From an uncultured Candidatus Saccharibacteria bacterium (GTDB lineage Bacteria > Patescibacteriota > Minisyncoccia > Minisyncoccales > GWA2-38-27), in assembly GCA_964391095.1 (NCBI GenBank), contig CAYMJA010000005.1, positions 1-45,887 on the forward strand: 45,887 nucleotides of DNA. Direction: 5' to 3'. Positions 7,898 to 17,195 of this stretch are shown piece after piece. Both the position numbers and the translations under genes were made by a program. Position 1 is the stretch's first letter. Every line of letters begins with the position of its first letter. The notes under the pieces are model-generated. The model was given only the letters and a program-made list of their open reading frames with translations, had not been told where the DNA came from and did no database searches.

Positions 7898-8476
7898 ATG
7901 GAAGAAAAAATTAAGAAAATAATATGGATTTCTGGCAGGTGTGGTTATGGTAAAACTGCATTTGCCAATTCTATAATTAAAGAATTTGAAGAGAAAAATA
8001 AAGAAACCTGTAAATTAGAGGGAAAAGACTTTGTAAACCTTTTGGTTGAAAATATAAGGAATAAGAATCCTATTGAGAATTTTGTGTTTTATTTTCAAAG
8101 CTATGATTTACTGGTGTTGGATGATATAGATTATTATTTATTAGGTAAAAAAGCTACTCAAAAAGCAATAAAAGAGGCTATACAGAAAATAACTAATAAT
8201 AACACTAAAGTGATTTTGATTACCCAAAAAAGAGCAAGAAAGTTGAGGAAATTAAAATTTGATAGCGACGAATGTTTCTATAAGCGGTTAAAAGCTCCGA
8301 CCGTAGAAATTAAAAGAAATTTAGTGAAAAGCTGGTTAAGGGTAGAAAGGTTAGTAATCCCAGAAGAAAAAACTAACGAAATTATAAATAAATCTAATAA
8401 TCTATTTCAACTTAAAGGATTATTTAATCAAATTTCTTTTCCCACAAAGGAAAATAGAATTAACTCTGGATTTTAA
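7898..8476 (+). CDS. DnaA/Hda-like AAA+ ATPase domain only
   Basis: Walker A GRCGYGKT, DFVNLLVENIR, Walker B YDLLVLDDID...KKATQ; no DnaA domains I or IV. Confidence 0.7.
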   Translation: MEEKIKKIIWISGRCGYGKTAFANSIIKEFEEKNKETCKLEGKDFVNLLVENIRNKNPIENFVFYFQSYDLLVLDDIDYYLLGKKATQKAIKEAIQKITNNNTKVILITQKRARKLRKLKFDSDECFYKRLKAPTVEIKRNLVKSWLRVERLVIPEEKTNEIINKSNNLFQLKGLFNQISFPTKENRINSGF

Positions 8477-8575
8477 CAGAAAACAAAAAGTCGAAGAATT
8501 AATTAAGAAAAATTAAACAATTAATTTTAGATAAAACCAAACAAAAAGTCGGGAGATTAATTAATTATAAAATTT

Positions 8576-8749
8576 ATGACTGAATTAACTATAAAGGAGA
8601 CACAACAAATCGTTGACAAATGGATTAAAACCGTTGGAGTTCGATATTTTTCTGAACTTACAATTTTGGCTCAGTTGGTCGAAGATGTTGGAGAAGTTGC
8701 CAGAAGAGATGCCAGCCGCCATAAAAATAACTTAAAATTAAGAAAATAG
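8576..8749 (+). pseudogene. Internally deleted MazG-like nucleotide pyrophosphohydrolase (YpjD type)
   Basis: MTELTIKETQQIVDKWIKTVGVRYFSELTILAQLVEDVGEVAR joined directly to RDASRHKNNLKLRK*; the ELAD motif half is missing. Confidence 0.75.
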
Positions 8750-8807
8750 TGATAAAAAGAGCTTTAAGTATAAAATAAAAATCGATTCTCAATCATAAAG
8801 AAAAAAG

Positions 8808-9494
8808 ATGAACAATAACAAAGCAATACAACTTTCGCCGAATTCATTAAATTTGTTTTTGGAATGTCAGCGTTGTTTTTGGCTGGAAAAGAAAGAGGGG
8901 ATTAGAAGACCGCCTTCTTATCCCTATGCCCTTAATATGGCGGTGGATGTTCTTTTAAAACAGGAGTTTGACAAATACAGGGCTAAGGGAGAGCCCCATC
9001 CGCTGCTTGTAGCTAACAATATTCCGGCCAAGCTTTTTTCAGACCAGGAATTATTAAACAAATGGCGTAGTAATTTTCAAGGGATAAGGTACTATGACAA
9101 AGAATTAGATGCCACTATTTTTGGAGCGGTTGACGACATTTTAGAATTTAAGAACGGCGAGTTGGCTCCGCTTGACTATAAATCAACCGGGAGCAAGGTG
9201 GCCAAAGTATATGACCGTTTTCAGCTGCAGATGGATGTTTATACTTATCTTTTGGAGAAAAACGGCTATTCAACTCCGAGGAAAGGTGTTTTGGCTTTTT
9301 ACATTGTTGACAAAGAAAACGGCTTTGAAAACAGATTGCCTTTTAGAAAAGAAGTGCATGTGATAGATACAGATCCTTCTTATGTCCAAAAGCTTTTTGA
9401 AGATGCGGTTGGGCTTTTGAGAAAAGATATCCCGCCTCCCTCCAATCCGGATTGCAAATTTTGCCAGTGGTTTAAAGAAGTGGCTAATTATTAA
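8808..9494 (+). CDS. PD-(D/E)XK nuclease family protein (Cas4/RecB-like)
   Basis: LSPNSL...CQRCFW, GAVDD, LDYKST, QMDVY, CKFC. Confidence 0.85.
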   Translation: MNNNKAIQLSPNSLNLFLECQRCFWLEKKEGIRRPPSYPYALNMAVDVLLKQEFDKYRAKGEPHPLLVANNIPAKLFSDQELLNKWRSNFQGIRYYDKELDATIFGAVDDILEFKNGELAPLDYKSTGSKVAKVYDRFQLQMDVYTYLLEKNGYSTPRKGVLAFYIVDKENGFENRLPFRKEVHVIDTDPSYVQKLFEDAVGLLRKDIPPPSNPDCKFCQWFKEVANY

Positions 9495-9696
9495 TAACGA
9501 GATAAATGTTAGTTAGGGTTAGGGTCTTCCCAAATTCAAAAAAGGAAGCAATAACTAAAAAGTCAGAAGATGGTAAAGTATATTTCTAAACCAAATTTTT
9601 CTTGACAAAAAATCATTGATATGGTAAGATAAAGCAAGCTATTGTTCTTTGAAATTTTAAAATTGATTGAAAAAACGAAGGAAAGGAGAAAGAAAA

Positions 9697-10014
9697 ATGG
9701 ATAATTTCAGCTTAAAGAAGACGATGAATTGGTTTATGGTTTTTTGTGTAGCTGTTTTGATTTTTCTAATGGGTTGCGTAAAAGAAAGTACAAAAAATTG
9801 CGCATGCGCAAAAGAAAACCCAAGAACCCGCCTGATGAAGAATCGGGCAGATACTGTTATCCGTTATCGGAATAGAGCGGCCAAGAAACCCGGTAGCACT
9901 CGAGTACACCATTATAAAGGCAGAAAGATAATTTCAACCCGAGGTTATCTATCGGGTAAGGAAGTGCGTCAGGTCCATCGTGAAAAATCACGCCAGTTCC
10001 GCCGCGGTCTATGA
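9697..10014 (+). CDS. Small basic putative lipoprotein
   Basis: ATG after AAGGAG; hydrophobic signal ending in lipobox LMGC. Confidence 0.6.
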   Translation: MDNFSLKKTMNWFMVFCVAVLIFLMGCVKESTKNCACAKENPRTRLMKNRADTVIRYRNRAAKKPGSTRVHHYKGRKIISTRGYLSGKEVRQVHREKSRQFRRGL

Positions 10015-10249
10015 AATCTTTCGAAAAAAACCATACCGTATCCAACCTAATAGCGACGATTAGGCGCGAGAGAAAAAATCTTGCGCCATTTTTTTTGACA
10101 AAAAATAATCGGTGTGATAAAAATAAAAACACTGATCTTTGAAAATTGAAGATGGAAGGTTAAAAACTTAACGAAAGAAAGGAGAAGGAACGATGGTAAG
10201 ACTCAGAAAACCTAAGAAAGAAGACAGAAAGATGAAAGGAGAAGGAACG

Positions 10250-11980
10250 ATGAACGGTTTTAGCTTGCGCGGAATTAAATGGATGATGTTTTTTTGCTTA
10301 ATTTTCCTGTTTTTTCAGGCAGGATGTACCAAAGAATCTCAAAAGAAAGAAGTCAGTCAAGTTAATGTTGGTAACTCAGACAACAGCCAGGCGTTGGACC
10401 TCAATATAGAAAACCTCATCTCCTCCGAGTACGAAACATTATCGTTGAAGCCTCTTCCTTTCCCTGCTGAGGGTTCTAGAATAAAGATCTCTGGAAACTT
10501 CGACTTTATGATGAGGGAAGCACCTGTCCTTGATCCTGAGGACCCTGGGTTTCATGAGGGAAATGCCTGCGAGTGGCACAAGCAAATGGCCGGGATGTTT
10601 ATGGTTAGCTCAATGATTGCATCTCCTGATTTCACTCAGTTAATGAAGGACTTAGCTTCGGCAACAACTAGCCAGATCGCAATTGGAAATCTGCTGGAAA
10701 AGATGATTAAATCAAACTCAGTAACTTCTGACCAAGCTCATATCACCTTGAATAATGCGCGCACTATTTTGCAACGTATTCGAGATTTTGAACCAAAGAC
10801 TAATGGGGATAAATTTCTGAAGCCATTTTTGGTAAAACATCTCTCTGACCAAATCAGGATTGCTACGATAATACTCGCGATGAGAGAAAAAACTACGCTG
10901 GTGAAAGGAAATCGATTACCAGAGCAGTTAAAAGATCTGGCTTCATTGATGAGAAAGTGGGCCGATGAGGTTAAGTTGTTAATTTTCCAACCCTCCATGA
11001 GCCCAGACTGTGTAAAAATGAGGAAGGCCCTCTGGATTGCCCTTAATAAACAAGCGGCGAGAATTGAATACGTGTTAAACGGGGATGCCGAAAAAGCCAT
11101 TCCTCTCTTGGAAAAAATGGGTGCTGATAAAGAGGCCGGGGCAGCATTATCATCAGAAAAGCGGCCGGGGGAAAAACAAATGGAAGCATTTGGTGAAGCT
11201 TTAAGAACCGCCGATCTGGAACAAATCAAAAGAATGGTTAAAAAATACCCGGCATTTCTGAAAGTCAATGTCAGTGCAGAGATGGACGGTATAACCTATT
11301 CAGCGACACCATTGCATCTGGCGATATCGTTGGGCAACAAAGAGATAGCCGAATTCTTCGTGGATCAGGGTATTAATATTGACACCTTGGACAGCAAAGG
11401 GCAGTCGCCACTTCATGTAGCGGTAATGTTGGGGAACAAAGATATTATAAAAATGCTGATCGCCAAGGGGGCAGATGTTAATTCCAAAGATGCAACAGGC
11501 AAAACCCCGATTTTCGCCGCGGTAATAGGTGGCAATATAGATTTACTGGAGCTCTTGGTGGCCAAAGGCGCTGACATCAATACCCGCGATAATGTGGGGA
11601 GTAGTCCCTTTGACATGGCTGTAATAGGAGGCAATAGAAATGCAATTGAATTTTTGCTAGCCAATGGTATCGATGTTAACTCTAAAGATAAAGATGGGGG
11701 GACACCATTGCATTCAGCAGCATTTAATGGCCATAAAGAAATTGTAGAACTTTTTCTAAACAAAGGCGCTGATATAAATGCCAAATCGCCTCCGAATAAT
11801 ACTACCCCATTACATCTAGCAGCAGCCCGAGGCCATTTTGAGGTGGTAAAGTTACTGCTAACAAGGGGGGCTGATATTAATACTAGAGATAAAAATGGCT
11901 ACACTCCTTTAGTCTACGCCAAAACCTACGACCATTTAGAGATTGCTAAGTTTTTCCAAGAACATGGAGGAAAAGAGTAA
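10250..11980 (+). CDS. Ankyrin-repeat putative lipoprotein (alternative start 10193)
   Basis: Signal peptide ending QAGC; about seven TPLH/GADIN ankyrin repeats in the C-terminal half. Confidence 0.9.
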   Translation: MNGFSLRGIKWMMFFCLIFLFFQAGCTKESQKKEVSQVNVGNSDNSQALDLNIENLISSEYETLSLKPLPFPAEGSRIKISGNFDFMMREAPVLDPEDPGFHEGNACEWHKQMAGMFMVSSMIASPDFTQLMKDLASATTSQIAIGNLLEKMIKSNSVTSDQAHITLNNARTILQRIRDFEPKTNGDKFLKPFLVKHLSDQIRIATIILAMREKTTLVKGNRLPEQLKDLASLMRKWADEVKLLIFQPSMSPDCVKMRKALWIALNKQAARIEYVLNGDAEKAIPLLEKMGADKEAGAALSSEKRPGEKQMEAFGEALRTADLEQIKRMVKKYPAFLKVNVSAEMDGITYSATPLHLAISLGNKEIAEFFVDQGINIDTLDSKGQSPLHVAVMLGNKDIIKMLIAKGADVNSKDATGKTPIFAAVIGGNIDLLELLVAKGADINTRDNVGSSPFDMAVIGGNRNAIEFLLANGIDVNSKDKDGGTPLHSAAFNGHKEIVELFLNKGADINAKSPPNNTTPLHLAAARGHFEVVKLLLTRGADINTRDKNGYTPLVYAKTYDHLEIAKFFQEHGGKE

Positions 11981-12254
11981 TAGAATACTGCTTCAAGCCC
12001 GGCGATAACTTCAAAGGGCTTTTTTATTTGCCCCGTTAGTTGAAGAAAATAGGGACGTTTCTGAATTTTATAGTTATAGTGATTTGCCAGAAGGTAGTTC
12101 TCTGACAATTCAGGCACAAGAAAAAATCTTTTGCGCCCTTTTTTATCCTGTAAATTTGACAAGAAATTATTGATGAGTTAAGATAAAATATTGCTCTTTG
12201 AAAATTTTAGTTGCGGAGATATTAAAAAAATCTTTCAGAAAGGAGGTGATTGAT

Positions 12255-13413
12255 ATGGAAAATAAAGAAGAGGGAAATAAAGAAGAACTAAATTCACTGA
12301 AAGCAGCATTCTGCGCCTTTGATAAGGGAATCATATCGGAAAAGGACTTCCGTAGAATTTTAGCTTCTGCATCAACAGATGTTCTAACCCGGTTCCTTAG
12401 GGCATACAACCATGACTATGATTCTCAGTTTAGCCGTTTAGGAACGCTTATTGTCCTGGAGTTGGGAAGAAAAAAGGACGAAAAGGCAGATGAAGCCCTT
12501 GTTTTTGCTGCCAGCGGCGACGAATTTACATACTCTCCAATAAAAAGCAATGCCCTTGGTATTTTGGGAGGGCGCATGAAAACCTGGAGGCCCAACGAGC
12601 TTGCTCGTGCTGCCACAGAAGGGGGTTACGATGTGGCAGACATTGCTCTTCAAATCCTGGGAAAAGAGAAAGTTGAAAAACTTGTGAAATCAGATCCCGA
12701 GTTGGCTGTGGTAGCTTTTGAGCATGACCGCGTAATGTTTGACAAAACATTAAATGCTGTTTTCGAATCCCTCGAAGAACATGAACTCGCCTTCCTTATT
12801 ATGGAACACCCCAACCACAAAGTCAGAGGGTGGGCTATTCACTATTCTAAGGGGAGAATGGGGAAAGATATCGGAGAAGCTCTTTTGCACGCTGCCACTC
12901 AGGATGAGAACAGGATAGTAAGATCTCGTGCTTTTGATGAATTGAAAAAGCACATGCCTGGTTGGGATCTACAAAAACTCATCTCCGCTGCCATGATGGG
13001 AAACTTTGATGTTACAGAACTTGTTCTCTTTATTCTGGAAAAAGAAAAAGCAAGAGAAGTAATCCTAGGCCGATAGAAACCTATCGGCCCATCTTTTTCC
13101 AAAATTTAATGAGGCGGAAAGCAATGTTCTGACTGTTCTGGAAAATCCTGCTTCAAAAGGCATTCACAACATAGTCTTCACCGGCGGAGTTCTCGAGGGA
13201 AGCAGATACTATTTTGGGACACTTTGCTCCGTAGTTCTGAGAAGATTTAAAGCCCATTGGGATGCTCCAAAAATTAGATGCATAAAACCAAAGGGCCACG
13301 CCGTGCTTGGAGCACTGATAATGGCTGCAACCAATGCCGGAATTGAAGTCAATGATGACTTCATCTCTGCGCTTCTGGAAAGTTGGGACAGGGTCAAGCG
13401 TGCTAACGCATGA
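12255..13413 (+). pseudogene. HEAT-like helical repeat protein with a frameshift near 13068
   Basis: SD AAGGAGGTG. First frame stops at 13076; the shifted frame 13069-13413 stays open, continues the internal repeat and ends just before a terminator at about 13430-13462. Confidence 0.65.
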
Positions 13414-13558
13414 TTTTGACCAGTCAATTAGGAGGGATTTTAAAAATTCCTCCCTTTTTTTTGACAAAAAATGGTTAATAAAGTAAAATAATCTATTGCT
13501 CTTTGAAAATTTAAATAGTCAAGAATTAAAGAAAATCTTTCAGAAAGGAGAAAGAGAA

Positions 13559-16500
13559 ATGAAGAAGCTAATGGTTGTTTTGGGAATGTTAGTTTTAGTT
13601 GTGCTATCAGGTTGCGGCAAAAGCACAGAAAAGGCCATAATTGGCAAATGGAAAGAAGTAGATAGCACCGAAACGATAGAGTTTTTTAAAGACGGGACAG
13701 TAACAGTAATTGATAAAGGAATGTCTATGTCGGGGAACTATAAGTTTGTAGGCAAGAACCGGATAAAAATGGAACTCGGCGGCTTAGGAGCTTTAATGGG
13801 ACCGATTGTTTCCAAGATATCTATTTCTGGAAACGAATTGAGTATGACTATGCCTGATGGAAAAATTGAAAGATATCAGAGATTGAAAAAATCAAGCAGT
13901 ATAGAGAAAAAAAGGAAAGTATTTAACAGGCGTAGAGAAAAGAAAACAAAAGAGCAAACTCAAGTTTTAAAGCCGATGCCAGAAAAAAAAGCTCCATTTT
14001 TTGAAGTTAAGTTTTCTTGGGGAAAATTTCGAATTGGAGATTTCTCTGTTGCTCTTAACTATCTAGACCGTGAACCGAGCAAAGCAAATTTGTATTTCGC
14101 TATTACGAAAGTTAAGCATACCGGTTCAGAAATTGGACCTGTAGCGATAACTTTAACCGATGACCATGAAAACAACTACTATGGTTCGCTTAATATTACT
14201 CCTTGTGATGATTTTCCTATTCGTTTGCTTCCAAAGAATTTCGCTTGGATAAGAAAAGTAAGCATAACTATGCCAAAGGCAGCTCCGATTGAGAGGATTC
14301 AGTTAGAAGACGGCAAAAAAATAGCATTCAAAAAGCTTAAGATAGTTAAGCTCAGATTTAAATCAGATTTTGGGAAAGCTCTTTTGCGGCCAGGAAAATC
14401 CGCTCCTGTAGGAAAGTTTCTTTTTTTTACTACCAATGGGATTATACCTGACCTTTATACCTGGGCCCTTTCAGTGACTGTAGAAAATAAGGAATATAAC
14501 GAATTAAGAGCTGATGTGAAATGCGCTATCCAATTTACTGATGGGACGATTAGTTCTCTAGGGTTACCAGTAAGTGTAGCAATCCCCGGATTATCCAAAA
14601 AGACAGTCCAAATAAAGCTTCGTTCTTTGCAAGATAGAAAAGTACCTCAATTAAAAACATTACTAATATTCTATCGTGATTATAACTCTGGCCAAACAAC
14701 TCTTAAATTATGGCCAATTTCCGACAAGAACTTGCCTCCTCGGGTAGGACAGGGAGCAAAAGAGGAAATCTTTATTGATGCCTATCAACGCAATGGCGGT
14801 CGTGAGCGTATGGAAAATCCTGTTGAATTGCCTCGTTGGTACGTTGGAGTGATTAGACCAAAGGATGAGCAGGACTTACTAATTCAGAGATTTCCAAAAG
14901 CCATTATTGTTTGGGACAAACAGCATTATGCTTCAAGGGCTTATGTTTTAAAAGGGCCTATTTTGAAGAAATATATAGAATTGGGAGGTCCATATCATTG
15001 CTCCGAGAGCCAGAAAGCTCTTTTCTTGGGCGCGCCAACCAGTGAACTAAAACCCTGCAAATCCGCTTTTGGTACCAAAGGTAACTTTGTTGCCTTTAAG
15101 GGCGGAGCGATATTTTTGCAAAATAATCGAACTTTTGTTCTTATGGGCAAAATAGGCCAGAAATGGGATGAACAAGAAGATGCCTTAGGTTTTCCTATTA
15201 GCGATATTCAACCTACTGTTTCCGATGTTCTCGGTTCTGACAACAAGGGCTGGGTTCAGGAATTTGAAGGCGGTTATATTTACTACATCACGAAAGGCGA
15301 ACAGGTAGGACAGGTTTTTGGAATATCTGGAACTATAGCGAAAATATACTCAAAAGCAAGTTGGCTTGGTCTTCCCATATCAGATACTTATAGTAGTCCG
15401 GAGACAGGCCACGATCAGTGTGATTTCGAGAAGGGCTATATAGCAAGCTCTGACGGAAAAACATTTCAGGTATTCCACTATGAGCCGGGTGTGATTGCCT
15501 TCGTTTCTGACAGAGACGGCAATAAAGAAATATATCTAACAGATGCCAGTGGTAGAAAACAAACAAATTTCACCAACAACCCATCTGACGATTGGTGTCC
15601 AGCTTGGTCACCCGATGGAAAAAAAATTGCTTTTGTGTCTAATAGAGGTGGCAAAGAAGGCATATATCTTATGAACGTAGATGGTAACGATCAAAGATTT
15701 TTGACGGCTGGAAAAGAACCCTCTTGGTTTCCCGATGGCGAGAAAATTATATTCTCGAAACCTATGACTTTTATTAGAAAGATTGTGTGGGAAACAAAGA
15801 AAGAGTCGTTGAAGCGAATATTTGCTATAAAAATTGATGGAACCGAGATTAGACAAATTTCTCCCGATGCTAGCACTGCAGAGATTGACGACTTTAAATG
15901 GCTACTAAGGAGACATTTCGTTGCGCCGGTGGTTTCGCCAGACGGCTCTAAAATAGCGTTTGCTGGGGGAGACTGGGGGAGTGGACATCCTTACAGTATT
16001 AATTTAATGAACATAGATGGAAAGCATGTGGAGAGCTTATCGAAACGGTTAGGAGAAAAATCGCAAAGCGGGGCAAATCCTTCTTGGTCTCCTGACGGCA
16101 CGAGAATCGCTTTCAGGTGTGACAGGGGCTATGATGGTCCAATTGGTAATGTGGGACGTATTCACATCGCCGACCTTAAAAAGTCACTAATTTCCGACCC
16201 ATATTTAAAGGTTATTTGGCGTTGTAGTGGACTGGACTGGTCGTCCGACGGTTCATCTCTTGTGTTCTCTGGGTATAAAGAAACAGGATATACATACACG
16301 GGAACTGTCGATATTTACATTGTGCGTCCCGGTTTAAAGGTCATTCGTAAGATAACTAAAGGGCAAGGGAATAACTATGATCCATCATGGACAACCGGGA
16401 AACAGGAAGGAAAAACAAAGATAGTTTCTAAAAAGAGAAGTGTTCCGAGCGAGAAGATATCAGAAATTAGTATTCCGGGCAAGTATATTCTGGAAACAGT

Positions 16501-16999
16501 TAATTCTAAAGGAAAGCGATTAAGTTGGGAGCCCGGAGCAATGTTCCTTAAAAAAGACGGTGTTGTTTCAGCTCAATATTCTGGCAGATGGAAAATTGAA
16601 GGTAATTTGATAAACTTCTATGAAGAAAGCAAGAAAGTAGGAAAAGGAAAACTCTCCAGTATTGCTATAGAGAATTGGTCGGTCTATGACGAGCCATCTT
16701 GGTCTGCCAATAAGATTGTTCCCCAAAATGGAGCAACAATAATTAAGCAATCTTCAGGAGAAAATATAGTGTTTAGTGCTTATCTTTCTCCGCAAAATAA
16801 TTCTTTTGACTTAAAGTTAAAAGAAGATGGCACGTTTTTAATGAAAGGAATTTTGAAAGAAACCTGGAAAATTGAAAATGGAACTTTCCAGATTTATAGA
16901 GGCGGCAGAAAAACTGATTTCAGCGACGGAAGAATTGATGGCAATAACGTAGTATTTAAGTTTGAAGACGGTTTTCTTCGACTCACAAGACAAGATTAA
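13559..16999 (+). CDS. Large multidomain lipoprotein: LGFP-like repeats plus TolB/PD40 beta-propeller
   Basis: Lipobox LSGC; LGAPTS/LGFPIS/LGLPIS...EFEGG repeats; PAWSPDGKKIAF repeats. Confidence 0.85.
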   Translation: MKKLMVVLGMLVLVVLSGCGKSTEKAIIGKWKEVDSTETIEFFKDGTVTVIDKGMSMSGNYKFVGKNRIKMELGGLGALMGPIVSKISISGNELSMTMPDGKIERYQRLKKSSSIEKKRKVFNRRREKKTKEQTQVLKPMPEKKAPFFEVKFSWGKFRIGDFSVALNYLDREPSKANLYFAITKVKHTGSEIGPVAITLTDDHENNYYGSLNITPCDDFPIRLLPKNFAWIRKVSITMPKAAPIERIQLEDGKKIAFKKLKIVKLRFKSDFGKALLRPGKSAPVGKFLFFTTNGIIPDLYTWALSVTVENKEYNELRADVKCAIQFTDGTISSLGLPVSVAIPGLSKKTVQIKLRSLQDRKVPQLKTLLIFYRDYNSGQTTLKLWPISDKNLPPRVGQGAKEEIFIDAYQRNGGRERMENPVELPRWYVGVIRPKDEQDLLIQRFPKAIIVWDKQHYASRAYVLKGPILKKYIELGGPYHCSESQKALFLGAPTSELKPCKSAFGTKGNFVAFKGGAIFLQNNRTFVLMGKIGQKWDEQEDALGFPISDIQPTVSDVLGSDNKGWVQEFEGGYIYYITKGEQVGQVFGISGTIAKIYSKASWLGLPISDTYSSPETGHDQCDFEKGYIASSDGKTFQVFHYEPGVIAFVSDRDGNKEIYLTDASGRKQTNFTNNPSDDWCPAWSPDGKKIAFVSNRGGKEGIYLMNVDGNDQRFLTAGKEPSWFPDGEKIIFSKPMTFIRKIVWETKKESLKRIFAIKIDGTEIRQISPDASTAEIDDFKWLLRRHFVAPVVSPDGSKIAFAGGDWGSGHPYSINLMNIDGKHVESLSKRLGEKSQSGANPSWSPDGTRIAFRCDRGYDGPIGNVGRIHIADLKKSLISDPYLKVIWRCSGLDWSSDGSSLVFSGYKETGYTYTGTVDIYIVRPGLKVIRKITKGQGNNYDPSWTTGKQEGKTKIVSKKRSVPSEKISEISIPGKYILETVNSKGKRLSWEPGAMFLKKDGVVSAQYSGRWKIEGNLINFYEESKKVGKGKLSSIAIENWSVYDEPSWSANKIVPQNGATIIKQSSGENIVFSAYLSPQNNSFDLKLKEDGTFLMKGILKETWKIENGTFQIYRGGRKTDFSDGRIDGNNVVFKFEDGFLRLTRQD

Positions 17000-17003
17000 A
17001 CTG

Positions 17004-17043
17004 ACAATAAAAGGGCTGAATTTTCCAGCCCTTCTTTTTTTTC
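17004..17043 (+). terminator. Intrinsic terminator, near-identical to 19983-20020
   Basis: AAGGGCTG...CAGCCCTT followed by T-run. Confidence 0.8.
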
Positions 17044-17195
17044 TCCAATTTTCTACAGAATCCGATAGGATATTTTTGTAGAAAAAGTTTTGACAAGAGC
17101 TAAAAAAATTGTAAGATTAAAATAGTACTTTGAAAACTGCATATTAGCAGATTTGAAAGAAATGAAAATCTTGATTGAAAAGAAAGGAGAAAGAA

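Noticed and set aside
8808-9494. Cas4 of a CRISPR-Cas system
   Set aside because: No repeat-spacer array or other cas genes in the window.
13153-13467. Minus-strand ORFs of 104 and 72 aa
   Set aside because: Better explained as shadows of the + strand frameshifted continuation 13069-13413.
9667-17195. Upstream TTG starts at 9667, 12198, 13496 and 17175
   Set aside because: They translate through the boxA/SD leader; the ATGs after the SD are better starts.
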